From contig CM119269.1 in the NCBI GenBank assembly GCA_051294375.1, positions 9,979,056 through 10,043,055 of the forward strand: a stretch of DNA of 64,000 nt, written 5' to 3'. The stretch's first letter is position 1; each line of letters opens with the position of its first letter. Source of the DNA: Paraspadella gotoi (Eukaryota > Animalia > Chaetognatha). The translations under genes and the position numbers were made by a program. Under the pieces are notes generated by a model. It made no database searches. It was not told the DNA's origin and saw nothing but the letters and a program-made list of their open reading frames with translations. Positions 1 through 13,800 of this stretch are shown one piece after another.

Positions 1-134
1 TTTATCAATCATTAACTTCTTATAAGGAATTTGAATCTGCTGGTCAAAAGCACTGAGATGCCTTACACCCCGAGCACCAGACTTATCTCCCCTTGCTATA
101 ATCACATATAAAGCAGAAAAGAGCATCGCCTTAC

Positions 135-172
135 CGTGAGAATGAACGTGGCACCAACAATCGTCATTTTTT
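135..172 (-). CDS. Candidate mini-exon KMTIVGATFILT (possible signal-peptide start or TM segment of an unidentified gene)
   Basis: cag acceptor, strong CG|GTAAGG donor, AAAAATG context, hydrophobic peptide. No supporting neighbouring exon. Confidence 0.3.
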
Positions 173-3100
173 CTGTTTCGTGAAAAATGAGTTTTTAATA
201 TTTAGAACAAAAATGTGNNNNNNNNNNGGAGATTGAAAACTATTTTAGAGGAATTGTAATAAGTTTGATTTTTTGTGTTTTTTTAAAGGAGGAAAACTCT
301 TAAATTATTTTGTGAATNNNNNNNNNNNNNNNNNNNNNNNNNNNNNNNNNNNNNNNNNNNNNNNNNNNNNNNNNNNNNNNNNNNNNNNNNNNNNNNNNNN
401 NNNNNNNNNNNNNNNNNGTTTCATTCCCATTTATCTTAGCCTTTCTCTCTCCTTGTGAGCTTTGAAAAGGAGAAAAGGGCCGAAAAAAAGAGGAAGTAAT
501 ATAAAGAGGAAGAATACAGAGCGTTCATTTGCCAAATTAAATACAATTAAACATATAAAGTAACACTTTATAAATAAGTAATTAAAAGTATTTTAGAATT
601 TGCTTTCATACATGTTCTTTCGTTATGACGTTCAAACGATATTAAAGAAATTTAAAAAAAGAGAAAAAAACGCGTTAAGCAGACATGATAATTATCCTAA
701 TCAGCTATTGGCTTTAACTGACAGCCTTTTTTAGAAAGGGTCCTGAATGAAGGAGGGTTCACTAGGCAAACCGGCGGTTTAAGGTTCAACGTCACATTTT
801 CTTAGTTTTGATTTGATTGCCTCCATCTTTTGACAAAAAATATATTTGTGGCGCTTGAAGTTAAATTTAATGCACAAAAAAACCACCACATTTTCTCGAT
901 TTGTGTTTCCGTGTATTCAAGAATATTATTCGTATTTATCTCAAGAAACTTGACGCCGAACGCTGGACCAAAAGCGGGCACGTATGAAAATATTTTCTAT
1001 AGCAGGTGGATTGAGGCGGGGGCCTTACTGACGGGGTGATCAAACGCGATGCCCTGCTGCACTATTACGATAAATAATAGTTTATATAAATTATAAATAA
1101 TATTATATTATCTCTACGCTTATTTTAGCGAATTTTAGGATTCTAGCATTGAAGCAAATATCAACAAGCTTGACAAACAGAAACGAGAAGGCACAGCGAG
1201 AAAAGACGGGGAAATAAAAAACATAATAAAAAAAGGGAAAATGAAACAAAAGAAGATAAAACCGTCTTGTCTTTTGAAAAAAGAAATAAAAAAAAGTGAA
1301 GTTGACCCGTAAAAAATTCTCTTCATTTACGAGTTTCTTTTTTCAACCGCCTTCGTCGTCGTCGTCGTCAAAAGCAATCATCCCTACTCTGCCTCTAAGT
1401 CCGGTTCCCTCGAGAAAATTTACACTCCATCGGGTAAAAAAAGGAGAAAAGGTGAGACGAGGCGCCCGTCTCGCCGAGTTTCACGCTTGCCTCGTTGTTG
1501 TTGTCGTCTCTGTTGTCGTTATTGTTGTCGTCTGCTTGTCGTTTTTGACCTAAAAAGCGCCCAACCGACATTAGATTACAACAACGGCTGAAATCGCCGA
1601 TATGGATGATAGAGAGAGACGACCGACGACGCCGAACACGAGCACCCCCATCCAGGCCACACCCCATCCGAGAAACGAGAGATCCCCAGATACGGATGAG
1701 ACCGACGGCGACGGATGAACCTGAGAGGAAAGACGAGAGAGAGAGAGAATCGAAGAGGAGGAGAGAGAGAGAGAAGAGAGAGAGAGAGAGCAGAGACGTC
1801 CCGCGTTCTGGCCAAGGCCGGACCTGGTTCTATTCCAATATCCGAAGGTGGGCCTTGGCAGCATTTTTTGTTTTTCTCTCGTTGTTTTGTTTGCTTTTTA
1901 TTTTGCTTATTTGTTTCATTCTGTTTATTTTCTGTAATTTGACAGCTTCAAGTGAATCGAGTATTTAATATTTATATCCTCGAAATAATTTTTTATTTTT
2001 CTTCTAAATTGAATATTATGGTGCTAGTGAGAAGAACCTAGGCGAGGTGAGAGAGAGAAGAGAAAGAGAAAGAGAGAGAAGAGAGAGAGAGAGAGAGAGA
2101 AGGAGAGAGAAGAAGAGAGAGAGAGAGGACGAAGGGAGAGAGAGAGTGAGATGAGAAATGAATTTGAAATATGAAATAGACTAAAACCGGGGCGCAATTT
2201 ACTGTGGCCCATTTTTGAGGTCATTCATCCGCTTAACGAAAAACAAGTTTAATGGATAAAAACAAAATTCAATTTGTTTTTTAAAAACCCATTTTAAAAT
2301 TATAATTTTTCTTAAAACCCCCAAACGTTGGAAATCCAAAATTTTATAAATATGTAGCAGACTTCTCAAATTGTTCAGTACGTGATACTAAAAAAAAAAA
2401 TTAATCAAAAAAATTACTAAAAAAGCATTTAAGAGCTTACGACTGGTTAAAAAACTCTATGACGGATTATGAAACCGTTTAAGAAATAGAAACTTGAATC
2501 CACTTCAATCAACAATATATTGGATTGAAAAAAAAAACAAAACTTCAGACTCGCAATGAACAGTCAAATCAGAATTGTTGCTAAGGCAGATGTTGTCCGA
2601 CTTCAGTTCTCATGAGCACAGTTCACTTCGGGATATGTGTGTGTTTCCGATTTGTCGTTCTCTATGTTTGTGTACTGTCCTTTAAACATTTCATTTCCTG
2701 GTCACTTCAAAGATTCTCTTCATTGCCTCCTTTTCTCAAATTCTGGTCCTTTATTCTGGTATGTACTGCTGCCATCATACACAATTTCGTTTGAGAGTAT
2801 GCATAGGCATGTTAAAAGTTTTTTTTAGGGCTCTCTAAATTTACGTTTTTCCAATTTGTGGAGAGAGGAGAGAGAGAGGAGAGAGGGATGAGCCTTCTCT
2901 TGACGCGGCTTAAATACGGTCGCTAGGCGATGGCCTGTGAGCTGTGAGTTTTCCTGCGGAAGGTGTAGTACTCAATAGAGAGACCGAGAAGAGAGACCTT
3001 CCAATCACCTGAACGAGGCGACGTCGCCAGGAGATGAGTCCGAGAGAAATAGAATTGATTGGTGTGATTGGTTACGTACGGCCGAGTGACCGACGCGACC

Positions 3101-3756
3101 GCCCGTCCCCGACCGCCATCACCGATGACGCGAGGGACCATTTCCCGCGACACCCCACCTTGCGCGTACAGAGCCAGCAGAACCAGTCAGGTGCACCTCC
3201 CTCACGACTCGCTCGGTGAGACGACCCAGACGACTCACTCGCCCTCCCGCTCTTCGACGAGTGCGATGGAGCGAGAGAGCGAGTGGGAGATCGGATGACT
3301 GAGAGGCAAAGGACCCCGAACTAAAGCTCTCTGCCCCCTTCGTTAACCGGCAAGCGCGTTTGTGTAGGAAGAATGACACCCACACCACCCCCCCCCCGGC
3401 TCGGCGTATGGTCCCCTCACCACCGTCTACCGAAGCTCCCGCACTACACAAAGGACGGGCGCTCGGCTGATCCTCGCGTGCGCAGGTCCCAGTAGGCCAA
3501 GTGTGTCCAAATGAAGCTGCGTGGCCACTTGGCACGAGGTTGGATCCGGTATGCGTCTTCTGGATCTCTCTCACCCTCTGTGGAAGAAAAGAAACTTGCA
3601 AAGGGAAAAATCACGAGCATAAATTTTAATTGAAAGATTTCATGAGAATGCCTAATATTTTAGATTTAAATGTAACTGAGTAGCTTTTTAGGCTATGTTA
3701 TAGTTTTATTTTGTGCGGTAAAGCCCCGATGAATAAATTCAAATTCAAAAATTAAA

Positions 3757-3803
<47 letters not shown>

Positions 3804-3811
3804 TCTATCTA

Positions 3812-3883
<72 letters not shown>

Positions 3884-5271
3884 CCGCCGTACATGATCAC
3901 GCACTGTTACAAATTTTCGTGATTCATTTTTTTCCTGTTTCAAATGGCCTTCATTTATTGGAAACAAACCAGTCTGAATTCATTTCTTTCTATCTTTAAC
4001 TTTTGATGGCAACACCCAGCTATTGATCGCAGATCCTTCACGCACATATGAATCGCTATCATGATGATATCATCTTTACTTCGCTTCAATACATTTTCTG
4101 CACTTTAATCGCTTCCTTTTTGAATCTCATCTCTCTGTATCTCTGATTGCAACTATCTTTCTTATCCGATTTTTACTTTCTTTGATCTCCATTCTCTGCT
4201 TGTTCTTTGACTCGGCATCCTCTCTTCGTCCTGCTCGTATATCATACTTCCTTTAGTTTGGACAAAATTGTCCGCTTCGTTTGACCAGATTTTCGGCGGA
4301 TATTGACACCCCCTTGCTTGAGGGGGCCTCACCGGCCACCGCACTTTTTTCTTTTTTTCCTCTCAATGATTTTTTCCCTTTTTTTTACTCATTTTTTGCT
4401 CACCTCTGGCCATTATATCACCAATTTTTCTTATTTTTTTTTATTTTGTAAAGATTTATATTTTTCTATTATTACGTTTCATTTCTCAAGGACTTCAATA
4501 TTTATTTCTTAGTATTGTTTTTACCTTTCATTTGAATTTCGATTACTTGTCTTTTTAGTTTTGTATTCCGGTTATTTATCCTCTTCTCTTACTTAACTTG
4601 GGGAGACTAACTCAGTAAGGTGGTAAGAAATTTGAATTAAGCACCTGCTCAAACGAAAATTTAGAACATCTTTAAAAAAAAATTGAATAGCACAAATTTT
4701 AATATTACTCCATACTCCATATATTATTTTTTATATTTATTTATAAATAGGAAAGGCTAAAATTTTTTTTTGATTTTTGATTTTTAAGATCAGATTCAGG
4801 TAGCTTGAAAAAAGTTGTCTACACAAAGTAGAATTCTTTTTTCGATATTTGATCATATAAGTGTAAGAAAATATGTAGAAAACTATTTATACATCAATCA
4901 TCATCATTTTCGATAATTTTATACTTTTTCCAAATTTTGACCAGAAAAACATAAATATTTTTTGAAAGTTGTAGTTAAATTTTTTATTTAACTTTTTATG
5001 CTCTATCAGAATCCATCAAAAAAAGTTAAGATTTGATTAAAAATAATTTTTATCATTATATAGTAATATTTGTAATTTTAATAGCAACAATAAAAAGCAT
5101 TAAAATCGAACTTTTTTAAAAAATTATTTTTTTATCCTAAAAGTAGACTTCAAGACTAAGTTTTGAACCCCCGCCCCCTATAACTGGGGTAAAAAATGTA
5201 TTAATTAAGTTCATTTGTCACGCGACACCTGAATCTATCGGTCTTGGGTCCTTGTTTTTCTTTTTTTTTAT

Positions 5272-6990
5272 TCCCTTTAACTCCTTATTCCTTTCCCTTC
5301 TTCTCCCTTTAATCCTTATTCCTTTTCCTTCTCCTTCCCTTTAACTCCTTATTCCTTTCCCTTCTCCTTCCCTTTAACTCCTTATCCTTTTCCTTCTCCT
5401 TCCCTTTAACTCCTTATTCCTTTCCTTCTCCTTTCCCTTTAATCTTTCTTTTCCCTTTCTTCCCTTTTAACTCCTTATTCCTTCCTTCTCCTCCCTTTAA
5501 CTCCTATTCCTTTTCCTTCTCCTTCCCTTTAACTCCTTTTCTTCCTTCTCCTTCCTTACTCCTTTTCCTTCTCCTTCCCTTAACTCCTTATTCCTTTCCC
5601 TTCTCCTTCCCTTTAACTCCTTATTCCTTTCCCTTCTCCTTCCCTTTAACTCCTTATTCCTTTCCCTTCCTTCCCTTTAAACTCCTATTCCTTTCCCTTC
5701 TCCTTTCCCTTTAACTCCTTATTCCTTTCCTTCTACTTCCCCTTTAACTCTTTATTCCTGGTCCTTCTCCTTCCCTTTAACTCTTTATCCTTTCCCTTCT
5801 CCTTCCCTAACTCTTTATTTCCTTTCCCTTCTCCTGTCCTTTAACTCCTTATTCCTGTCCCTTCTCCTCCCTTTAACTCCTTTATTCTTTCCTTCTCCTT
5901 CTCTTTAACTCCTAATCCTTTCCCTTCTCCTTACTCTTTAACTCTTTATTCCTTTCCTTCTCCTTCTCTTTAACTCTTTATTCCTTTCCCTTTCTCCTTC
6001 CCTTTAATCCTTTTTCTTCTCCTTCCCTTTAAACTCCTTATTCCTGTCCCTTCTCCTCCCTTTAACTCCTTATTCCTTTCCCTTCTCCTTCTCTTTAACT
6101 CCTAATTCCTTTCCTCTCCTTCTCTTTAACTCTTTATTCCTTTCCCTTCTCCTTCTCTTTAACTCTTTATTCTTTCCTTCTTCCTTCCTTTACCTCCTTT
6201 CCTTCCCTGTCCTTCCTTTACTCGTTATTCCTTTCCCTTCTCCTTCCCTTTAATCTTTATTCCTTTCCCTTCTCCTTCCCCATTTAACTCTTATTCTTTC
6301 CCTTCTCTTCCTCTTTAACTCCTTATTCCTTCCTTCTCCTTCCTTAACTCTTATTCCTTTACCTTCTCTTCCTAACTCCTTTCCTGTCCCTTCCTTCCCT
6401 TTAACTCCTATTCCTTTCCCTTTCTCCTTCCTTTAACTCCTTATTCCTTACCCTTCTCCTTCCCTATAACTCCCTTATTCCTTTCCCTTCTCCTTCCCTT
6501 TAATCCTTATTCCTTTCCCTTCTCCTTCCTTTAAACTCCTTATTCCTTCCCTTCTCCTTCCTTTTAACTCCCTATTCCTTTCCCTTCTCCTTCCTTTAAC
6601 TCCTTATTCCTTTCCTCTCTTCTTCCCTTTAACTCTAATTCTTTCCTCTCTTCCCTTTAACTGCCCTTATTCCTTTCCCTTTCCTTCTCTTTAATCCTTC
6701 ATTCCTTTCCCTTCTTCTTTCCCTTTTAACTCCGTAATTTCTTTCCCTTTCTCCCTTTTAACTCCTTATTCCTTTCCCTTCTCCTCCCTTTAACTCCTTA
6801 TTCCTTCCTTCTTCTTCCCTTTTAACTGCACTTATTCCTTTCCCTTCTCCTTCCTTTAACTCCTTATTCCTTTTCCCTTCTCCTTTCTCTTTAACTTCTA
6901 TTCCTTTCCCTTCTCCTTCCCTTTAACTCCTTATTCCTTTCCCTTCTCTTCCCTTTAACTCCTTATTCCTTTCCCTTCTTCTTCCCTTCC
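5272..6990. repeat. 33-bp pyrimidine-rich minisatellite (CCCTTTAACTCCTTATTCCTTTCCCTTCTCCTT), about 50 copies
   Basis: Directly visible tandem array with scattered indels. Confidence 0.95.
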
Positions 6991-7383
6991 TTTCACTACT
7001 TCTCCTTTCTCTTCCATTTGCGTTAGATTATCGACATTCGGTTGCAGTAAAACTGTTTTTCGTTTCGTCGTCGTCGTCATCATCTTCATCGTGGTCGTCG
7101 TCATCTTCGTCGTCATGTTCATCGTTGTCATCGTGGCTGTCGTCGTCGTCGTCGTATATTGGAGGCGGGATTTACAGCGGTACACACAAGAAAGCGACAC
7201 ATGAAGCTAAAGTAAAAGCGACCAAATGTAGCAGATCAGGTTTAAAAAAAGCGACATTGACGAAAGAAATAACAGAAGAATTGTGGCAAAAGAGGAAAGT
7301 AAAGAAAAGAGAGAAGCGGGAAGGGAGACAAAGAGAGAGAAAAGAGGGAAAAGAGATAAACAGAGAGAAGAGAGTGAGGAGAG

Positions 7384-7471
<88 letters not shown>

Positions 7472-9181
7472 CCATAATAAATAGCAGAGTCTGACTTGGG
7501 TGAGGAGACGTTGGCATCGCGTTTCAGGCTCCAATAGTTGTTGTTGTTGTTGTTGTTATCGTCATTAATCACAACACGTCGGCATTTCAAATTTATCAAA
7601 AGGTTTAAAGTCTTGTAATTTAATACCAAACTGGCTAACATATATCTTATTTGAGATTAGACTGTTTTATATCTCGTTATCAGACATTAAAAGACAAAAG
7701 TTATTTAAAATGAATCTGTTTAAAAGTAAGCCAATTAAAAGTAAGCTGTTTGTAATTATTTGATACTAAACTATTCGACATTCACCTAATTGACTTTACG
7801 TTGTTTGACTTCAAGCCGTTGAGCGGGCTTCCCCTTAACGATTCCCCACAACGAGGGTCCATCTTACGATCTTAACTTCTATGATCCCGCAGTCGGAAAA
7901 AACCAAACGACTCTGTCTCATGATCCCCCGCATTATGATCCCATCACATGACCCGTCCTTCCTCTCCACAACGACGACGACGACGACGTCCTCATCAATA
8001 CCTCAACCAAATTCGCCTTCGAAGCAGATTTTTCTGGTCGTCGTTGTTGTCGTTGTTGTCGTCCTCCTCTTACTCCTCTTCCTCTTTCTCTGCAGGTTTT
8101 TCTCTTCCCAACCGGTTTTTTTTAATAACCCGCAAAGCGGCATGAGTCGTCGTCGTCGTCGTCAACTCGGGAGACAAACGCGAAAAGGTATAACCGTCGG
8201 AAACAAAAAACCGGTCCGGAGATCCTCCCTATTTTCCGAAAGCGAACCTTTTCTGCTTAAATTCAGGATTAAGTTTATTTTTAGGTTTAAAGATTATTAC
8301 AATTAGATTAAGAACGAGGGATACGGAGTCGTTTAGAGATTAGATAAGAGTTTTGTTTGAGATTATAAAATCTGGTCAGGGTTTAGTTTAAGGATTAGAG
8401 GCGTTTAGGTTAAGATTAGGGTTAGGAATATAAAGTAAAGATTGGATTAAACTTTTTGGAAAATGATTAGAGCGATATATTAGGTTAAAAATTAAGTTTA
8501 ATGATTATGAATCAAATTGGGGCGTTATACGAATATAGTGTCGCAACGGTTGGAGACAAAAAAAAACCGGTCCGGAGATTTTTTGGTTTTGGTTCGACTG
8601 AGTGCAAAGGTTGTCGTCGTCGTCGTCATCGTCGTCGTCGTCGTCTTCGATCTTGAGGAATTTTTCGTCAAATCACAATCAGAGTCATCATCATCGTCAT
8701 CATAATCATCATCATCATGATATCATCATCATCATCGTCATCGTTATAAAAAAAATATGTCGAGTCAAACTTTTGTTGTCAACTTGTAGTGACAGTTTTC
8801 CGAGAAATATATGTAGATTTTCCAAAGAAACCAGCACGCGAATGCCCCCCTCTCTCTCTCTCTCTCTCTTGTTCTCACTCCCTCTGTTTAATTCATATTT
8901 TTACTTGCTTTTTAGGTCATGTATATTCATTCCTTCCCTCCCTCCTTCTCTCATTTATTTATTCATTCATTCATTCATTCATTCCTACATTCATCTCTTT
9001 CTTTTTTCATTTTCTTTCCCGGGATCAGGTGGCTCGAGGTTCAAGTCGACGACAAAAACCGTTTAAGATCTTTTATTGAGCGTCAAAGTAAAGCGACAAC
9101 GACGATGACGACGACGACGACCATGACGACGATGACGATGACAATAAAGACGACGGCGATGACGATGAAGACGACGATGAA

Positions 9182-9221
<40 letters not shown>

Positions 9222-10648
9222 TTGACAAAGACGACGACGAAGAACATAAGAAACTTTAAATCTTAATTTATTTTTACGGAAGATGTTTGCAGGAATTTAC
9301 GGACAAACAGATGATATACCATAAACAAATCTGTGAATTCAGTTTGACTTAAATAANNNNNNNNNNNNNNNNNNNNNNNNNNNNNNNNNNNNNNNNNNNN
9401 NNNNNNNNNNNNNNNNNNNNNNNNNNNNNNNNNNNNNNNNNNNNNNNNNNNNNNNNNNNNNNNNNNNNNNNNNNNNNNNNNNNNNNNNNNNNNNNNNNNN
9501 NNNNNNNNNNNNNNNNNNNNNNNNNNNNNNNNNNNNNNNNNNNNNNNNNNNNNNNNNNNNNNNNNNNNNNNNNNNNNNNNNNNNNNNNNNNNNNNNNNNN
9601 NNNNNNNNNNNNNNNNNNNNNNNNNNNNNNNNNNNNNNNNNNNNNNNNNNNNNNNNNNNNNNNNNNNNNNNNNNNNTCTCCCTCGCACGCGATTTCCTCC
9701 GATCGTGACTCCGCGCGGAAAATTCGTCGGCGAAATATTTTCCCCATAGAGAAACAGATTGAAGNNNNNNNNNNNNNNNNNNNNNNNNNNNNNNNNNNNN
9801 NNNNNNNNNNNNNNNNNNNNNNNNNNNNNNNNNNNNNNNNNNNNNNNNNNNNNNNNNNNNNNNNNNNNNNNNNNNNNNNNNNNNNNNNNNNNNNNNNNNN
9901 NNNNNNNNNNNNNNNNNNNNNNNNNNGAGAGAGAGTTGCGTGTCTTTGCCCTTTGTCTTCGGGCCGATCTTCAATGGCAACGATGAGTCTTCATTCATAA
10001 TTCTTCTTTGGTTCCGTCCCGTTCGTTTTCTCTTTTCTTCCCTCCTTCTCTCTTTTACTTTCCTTTCCTCCTTTCCTTTTCTCCTTTTCTTTTCTTGTTT
10101 CATTTCTTTCAATTCTTTCCTTCTTCCCTTCCCTCTTTTTTTCCTTTCTTTGATTCATCGTTGCTTTTTCTTCTTCCTTTTCTTTTCTCATTTCCTTTCC
10201 TTCTTTTCTTTTCTCGTTTTATTTCCTCCATTTCTTTCCCTATTTCCTTTCCTCCTTTTTATTTTCTTTCTCTCTTTGATTTATCGTTGCTTTTTCTTCT
10301 TTNNNNNNNNNNNNNNNNNNNNNNNNNNNNNNNNNNNNNNNNNNNNNNNNNNNNNNNNNNNNNNNNNNNNNNNNNNNNNNNNNNNNNNNNNNNNNNNNNN
10401 NNNNNNNNNNNNNNNNNNNNNNNNNNNNNNNNNNNNNNNNNNNNNNNNNNNNNNNNNNNNNNNNNNNNNNNNNNNNNNNNNNNNNNNNNNNNNNNNNNNN
10501 NNNNNNNNNNNNNNNNNNNNNNNNNNNNNNNNNNNNNNNNNNNNNNNNNNNNNNNNNNNNNNNNNNNNNNNNNNNNNNNNNNNNNNNNNNNNNNNNNNNN
10601 NNNNNNNNNNNNNNNNNNNNCAATATAAAATTATTAAATATTTTATCG

Positions 10649-10952
10649 TTTTGACAAGGATTATATTTAGTATTAAGCAATTCATAGTAGAATTTACAAG
10701 TTCATTTTTATTACTTTCATGCTAATATTTTGATTCTTATGAACAAATCATTTTTCAAGCCAGTTCTTTCTCTCTCTCTCTCTCTCTCTCTCTACCAGAC
10801 TTTTTCTGGAACAATTTACTTTTACTTTGGACTGCCTTTAAAAATGATTAGTTCATAAGAATCAAAATGTTGGCAAAAAAGTAAAAAAGGTATACTTATA
10901 AATCCTACCACGAATTGCTTAATACTAAATATTTTTTTATTCCTTGTCAAAA
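10649..10952. mobile_element. Foldback/MITE-like element with ~115-bp imperfect inverted arms
   Basis: TTTTGACAAGGA...TGATTCTTATGAAC (10649-10765) is the imperfect reverse complement of 10831-10952. Spacer contains (CT)n. Confidence 0.7.
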
Positions 10953-12650
10953 AAAAGTTTATATGCTTAATACTAAATCATTATCTCCTCTGCATATGAT
11001 GTCTCTTCAACAACGAATTAAGAAATAATATTAATTCTGAATTTTAAGTTATTAAGAAACGAATCTTTTGTAACTGATATTTATTTTGTCTATTTAGAGC
11101 TATGATAGTTTTTTATGATATATATGATAATTCTTTGTGATACAACTATCATATGATAATAAAAAACCATTATATTTATAGTAGATCAAAAACTATTAAT
11201 ATTGCGTAATTTATCAGTTTTTGAGCATCATTTCCGGTTTTGGACACGCCCACTAAGGGTAAGAACCTTTTTTAAAAAAAAATTTTAAAGTAAAACCAAT
11301 TAAATAATGAGAGTAACATAAAATTTAGGCAATTATTATTTTTATAAAACTATTTTCTTATCTTGCAATTAAAGAAAAGAGAAAAATTCCATGTTGTAGT
11401 CAACGTCAACTTCCGGTCAATTGTGCGCAGGTCTAACGCAAAATCTGATTGAGGACACCTTGTTAATCGTTTTAAGCGCTTAAAATTATACTAGAAACTG
11501 TACAGGATTGTGAAAATTTTCGACTGCATGGTTAAAAAAAAACAGAGTAGTAAGCAGGCTGGACTATTGGGAGTTGAAAAAAAAATTCAGTAATTTTTTT
11601 ACTGAGGTCGCCATAACAAATGATTTCGCCATAGTCCTTTCCTTTTCACTCGAATTTGTTATCCGTGTAATTATCTTCATTTTCAAAAGAAAAAATTACA
11701 TAAAAATCTTCTTTTCTTTTGATCCTTCGTTGATTTTTCAAGTTTCGTCTTCGTCGTCGTCGTCGTCTTCGTCGTCGTCGTCGTCGTCTTCGTCGTCGTC
11801 GTCGTCGTCATCGTCCTCGAAAAAAGGACCGTACATTCCGCGTACTTTGGTCGTCGTCGTTGTCGTCGTTGTTGTTGTCGTTGTTCAACATCGAAGTCGA
11901 TTCGGTCACCGCGGTTTTCCTCGTAACGACTTTTCGCCGTCATTATCGTCGTCGTCATCATCGTCGTCATCATCGTCGTCGTCATCATCGTCGTCGTCGA
12001 AGTCCTCATCGTCCTCATCGTCGTTATTATCGTCGTCGTCTCGACCCCAAAAAACCGGATTTTCTCGTCGCACGAGAAAAAAAGTTTTTTTTTCTTCTTC
12101 AAACTTTTTTTGTTTCTCGAATCAAAAATTCGTTGCTTCATTCCGACGCTTCTCGATTTTCGATCGCGTCTCGCTCTCTAGCTTTATTTCTCGCTTTAGC
12201 TGCCTCGCTGTCTCTGTCTGTCTCTCTCTTTCAGTGACTCGCTCTCTCACTCTTTCTATATTTGTATTTCCTTTGTTCGCCTTCATTTTTTTTCTTGTAC
12301 GAAAATGGCATAACCAGTATCGCTCTCTCTCTTTCCGCCCCATCTCTATCTCCATCTCTCTAATTGCGTCATTCGCTCACTCTGTCTCTCGCTTTTTAAT
12401 TCGTGACTAGTACCCTTCGTCTTCACTAATTATAATCGGCCTAAAAACGTCGACTTCCAAAGCTTAGCTTTGGCTAGAATTCTCTGGTATTTTATGGCCT
12501 CCACTGGCATAAACTAGCATTTGCTAGCCACCGTCAGCATCTCCCGGCTTCCGTTCCCATTTTCTTGCATCCAACGCTGTCTGCAATATTCTGTTGATGA
12601 CGACCATCTGTTTCTACTTCGTCGCCTTTTAATGACTTTATGATTTGTTA

Positions 12651-12693
<43 letters not shown>

Positions 12694-13520
12694 ATTATAT
12701 TTAAAATTTTTTTTTTAATCAGAAATTAAATTAGGTTTTTTAAAAAACTCTATTAAGAAGAGGTAAAAACGATTTTAGCGGAAATAAATAATGATTAAAA
12801 GAAATTCTGATTTTACGACTTAATTTTTAATTTTGTAAACTTAAAGGTGAAAAGATTGTATCACTTGTACCAACTACCATCCTTCCGTTTTATCAAAAAT
12901 CGGTTCTGCTTGGCGATTTGAAATCTCATTTTGAAATCTCATTTTGAAATCTCATTTAGACACAGACAGACAGACAGACAGACTGACCGATAGGCAGATA
13001 GACAGACATATATCTGCTAAACTTTGGGAAGCGTTCTATATCTATATATCTATATCTAATTCTTTTTATACATTATTGGTTATTTCGACATTTTTAAATC
13101 CATACTGTTCCTTTTTCTCTAATAAAGTTTTTTCCACCAGAATGCCATCTTTTATGTCACTTTCGCCACACGCCTTTTCCACATATTATTTTCATATTTT
13201 TCCTCTCCATTTTTTAGATCAACTTTTTCCATCAAGGATTCAAATCGTGCGGCATTTCGTAATAAATTTGATTTTTTTTTAATTTGATTTCAAAATTAAA
13301 AACATTTAAACTNNNNNNNNNNNNNNNNNNNNNNNNNNNNNNNNNNNNNNNNNNNNNNNNNNNNNNNNNNNNNNNNNNNNNNNNNNNNNNNNNNNNNNNN
13401 NNNNNNNNNNNNNNNNNNNNNNNNNNNNNNNNNNNNNNNNNNNNNNNNNNNNNNNNNNNNNNNNNNNNNNNNNNNNNNNNNNNNNNNNNNNNNNNNNNNN
13501 NNNNNNNNNNNNNNNNNNNN

Positions 13521-13800
13521 AGGTGGCATATTTAATGTCGACAACAGAGAAGGCATCATTCCTTAAATGATGGCATACAGTCTTATAGGCAGATAACAAC
13601 GACGACATCGAAATGTTTCTCCAAATGATGGCATTATCAATGTCGACAACAGAGACGGCATCATTCCTGAATACTGATGCGGCATACTTAAGTGGGCAAT
13701 AACAGAAGACGAGCATTATTGCCTGAGAATGATGGCATATTACTTAATGGCAATAACAGAGGACGGCATTAATTCCTGAAATGATTGTGCATATTTAGAT
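13521..13800. repeat. Degenerate ~50-bp minisatellite (GATGGCATATTTAATGNCRAYAACAGAGACGGCATCATTCCTGAAAT-like), running into a gap
   Basis: About 5 imperfect units after the N run at 13313-13520. Confidence 0.75.

Noticed and set aside
1350-1590. Plus-frame peptide KSNHPY...LVVFD resembling ESxHPY CUB-like motifs
   Set aside because: The match is short, interrupted by repeat-derived sequence, and has no convincing splice structure.
3890-4345. Possible decayed transposon ORF on the minus strand
   Set aside because: Multiple stops and no recognisable catalytic motif.
4792-5236. Possible MITE bounded by AGATTCAGGT / ACCTGAATCT
   Set aside because: Only 10 bp of exact inverted match and no clear TSD.
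7472-7605. Possible MAM-start exon (FDKFEMPTC...YWSLKRDANVSSPKSDS)
   Set aside because: Needs a frameshift, lacks CxFE and DHT, and alternative frames are equally plausible.
9263-10725. ORFs spanning N runs
   Set aside because: They are open only because of the unknown bases.
11574-12410. 278-aa ORF and overlapping ORFs
   Set aside because: Products of (TCG/TCA)n repeats with no domain signal.
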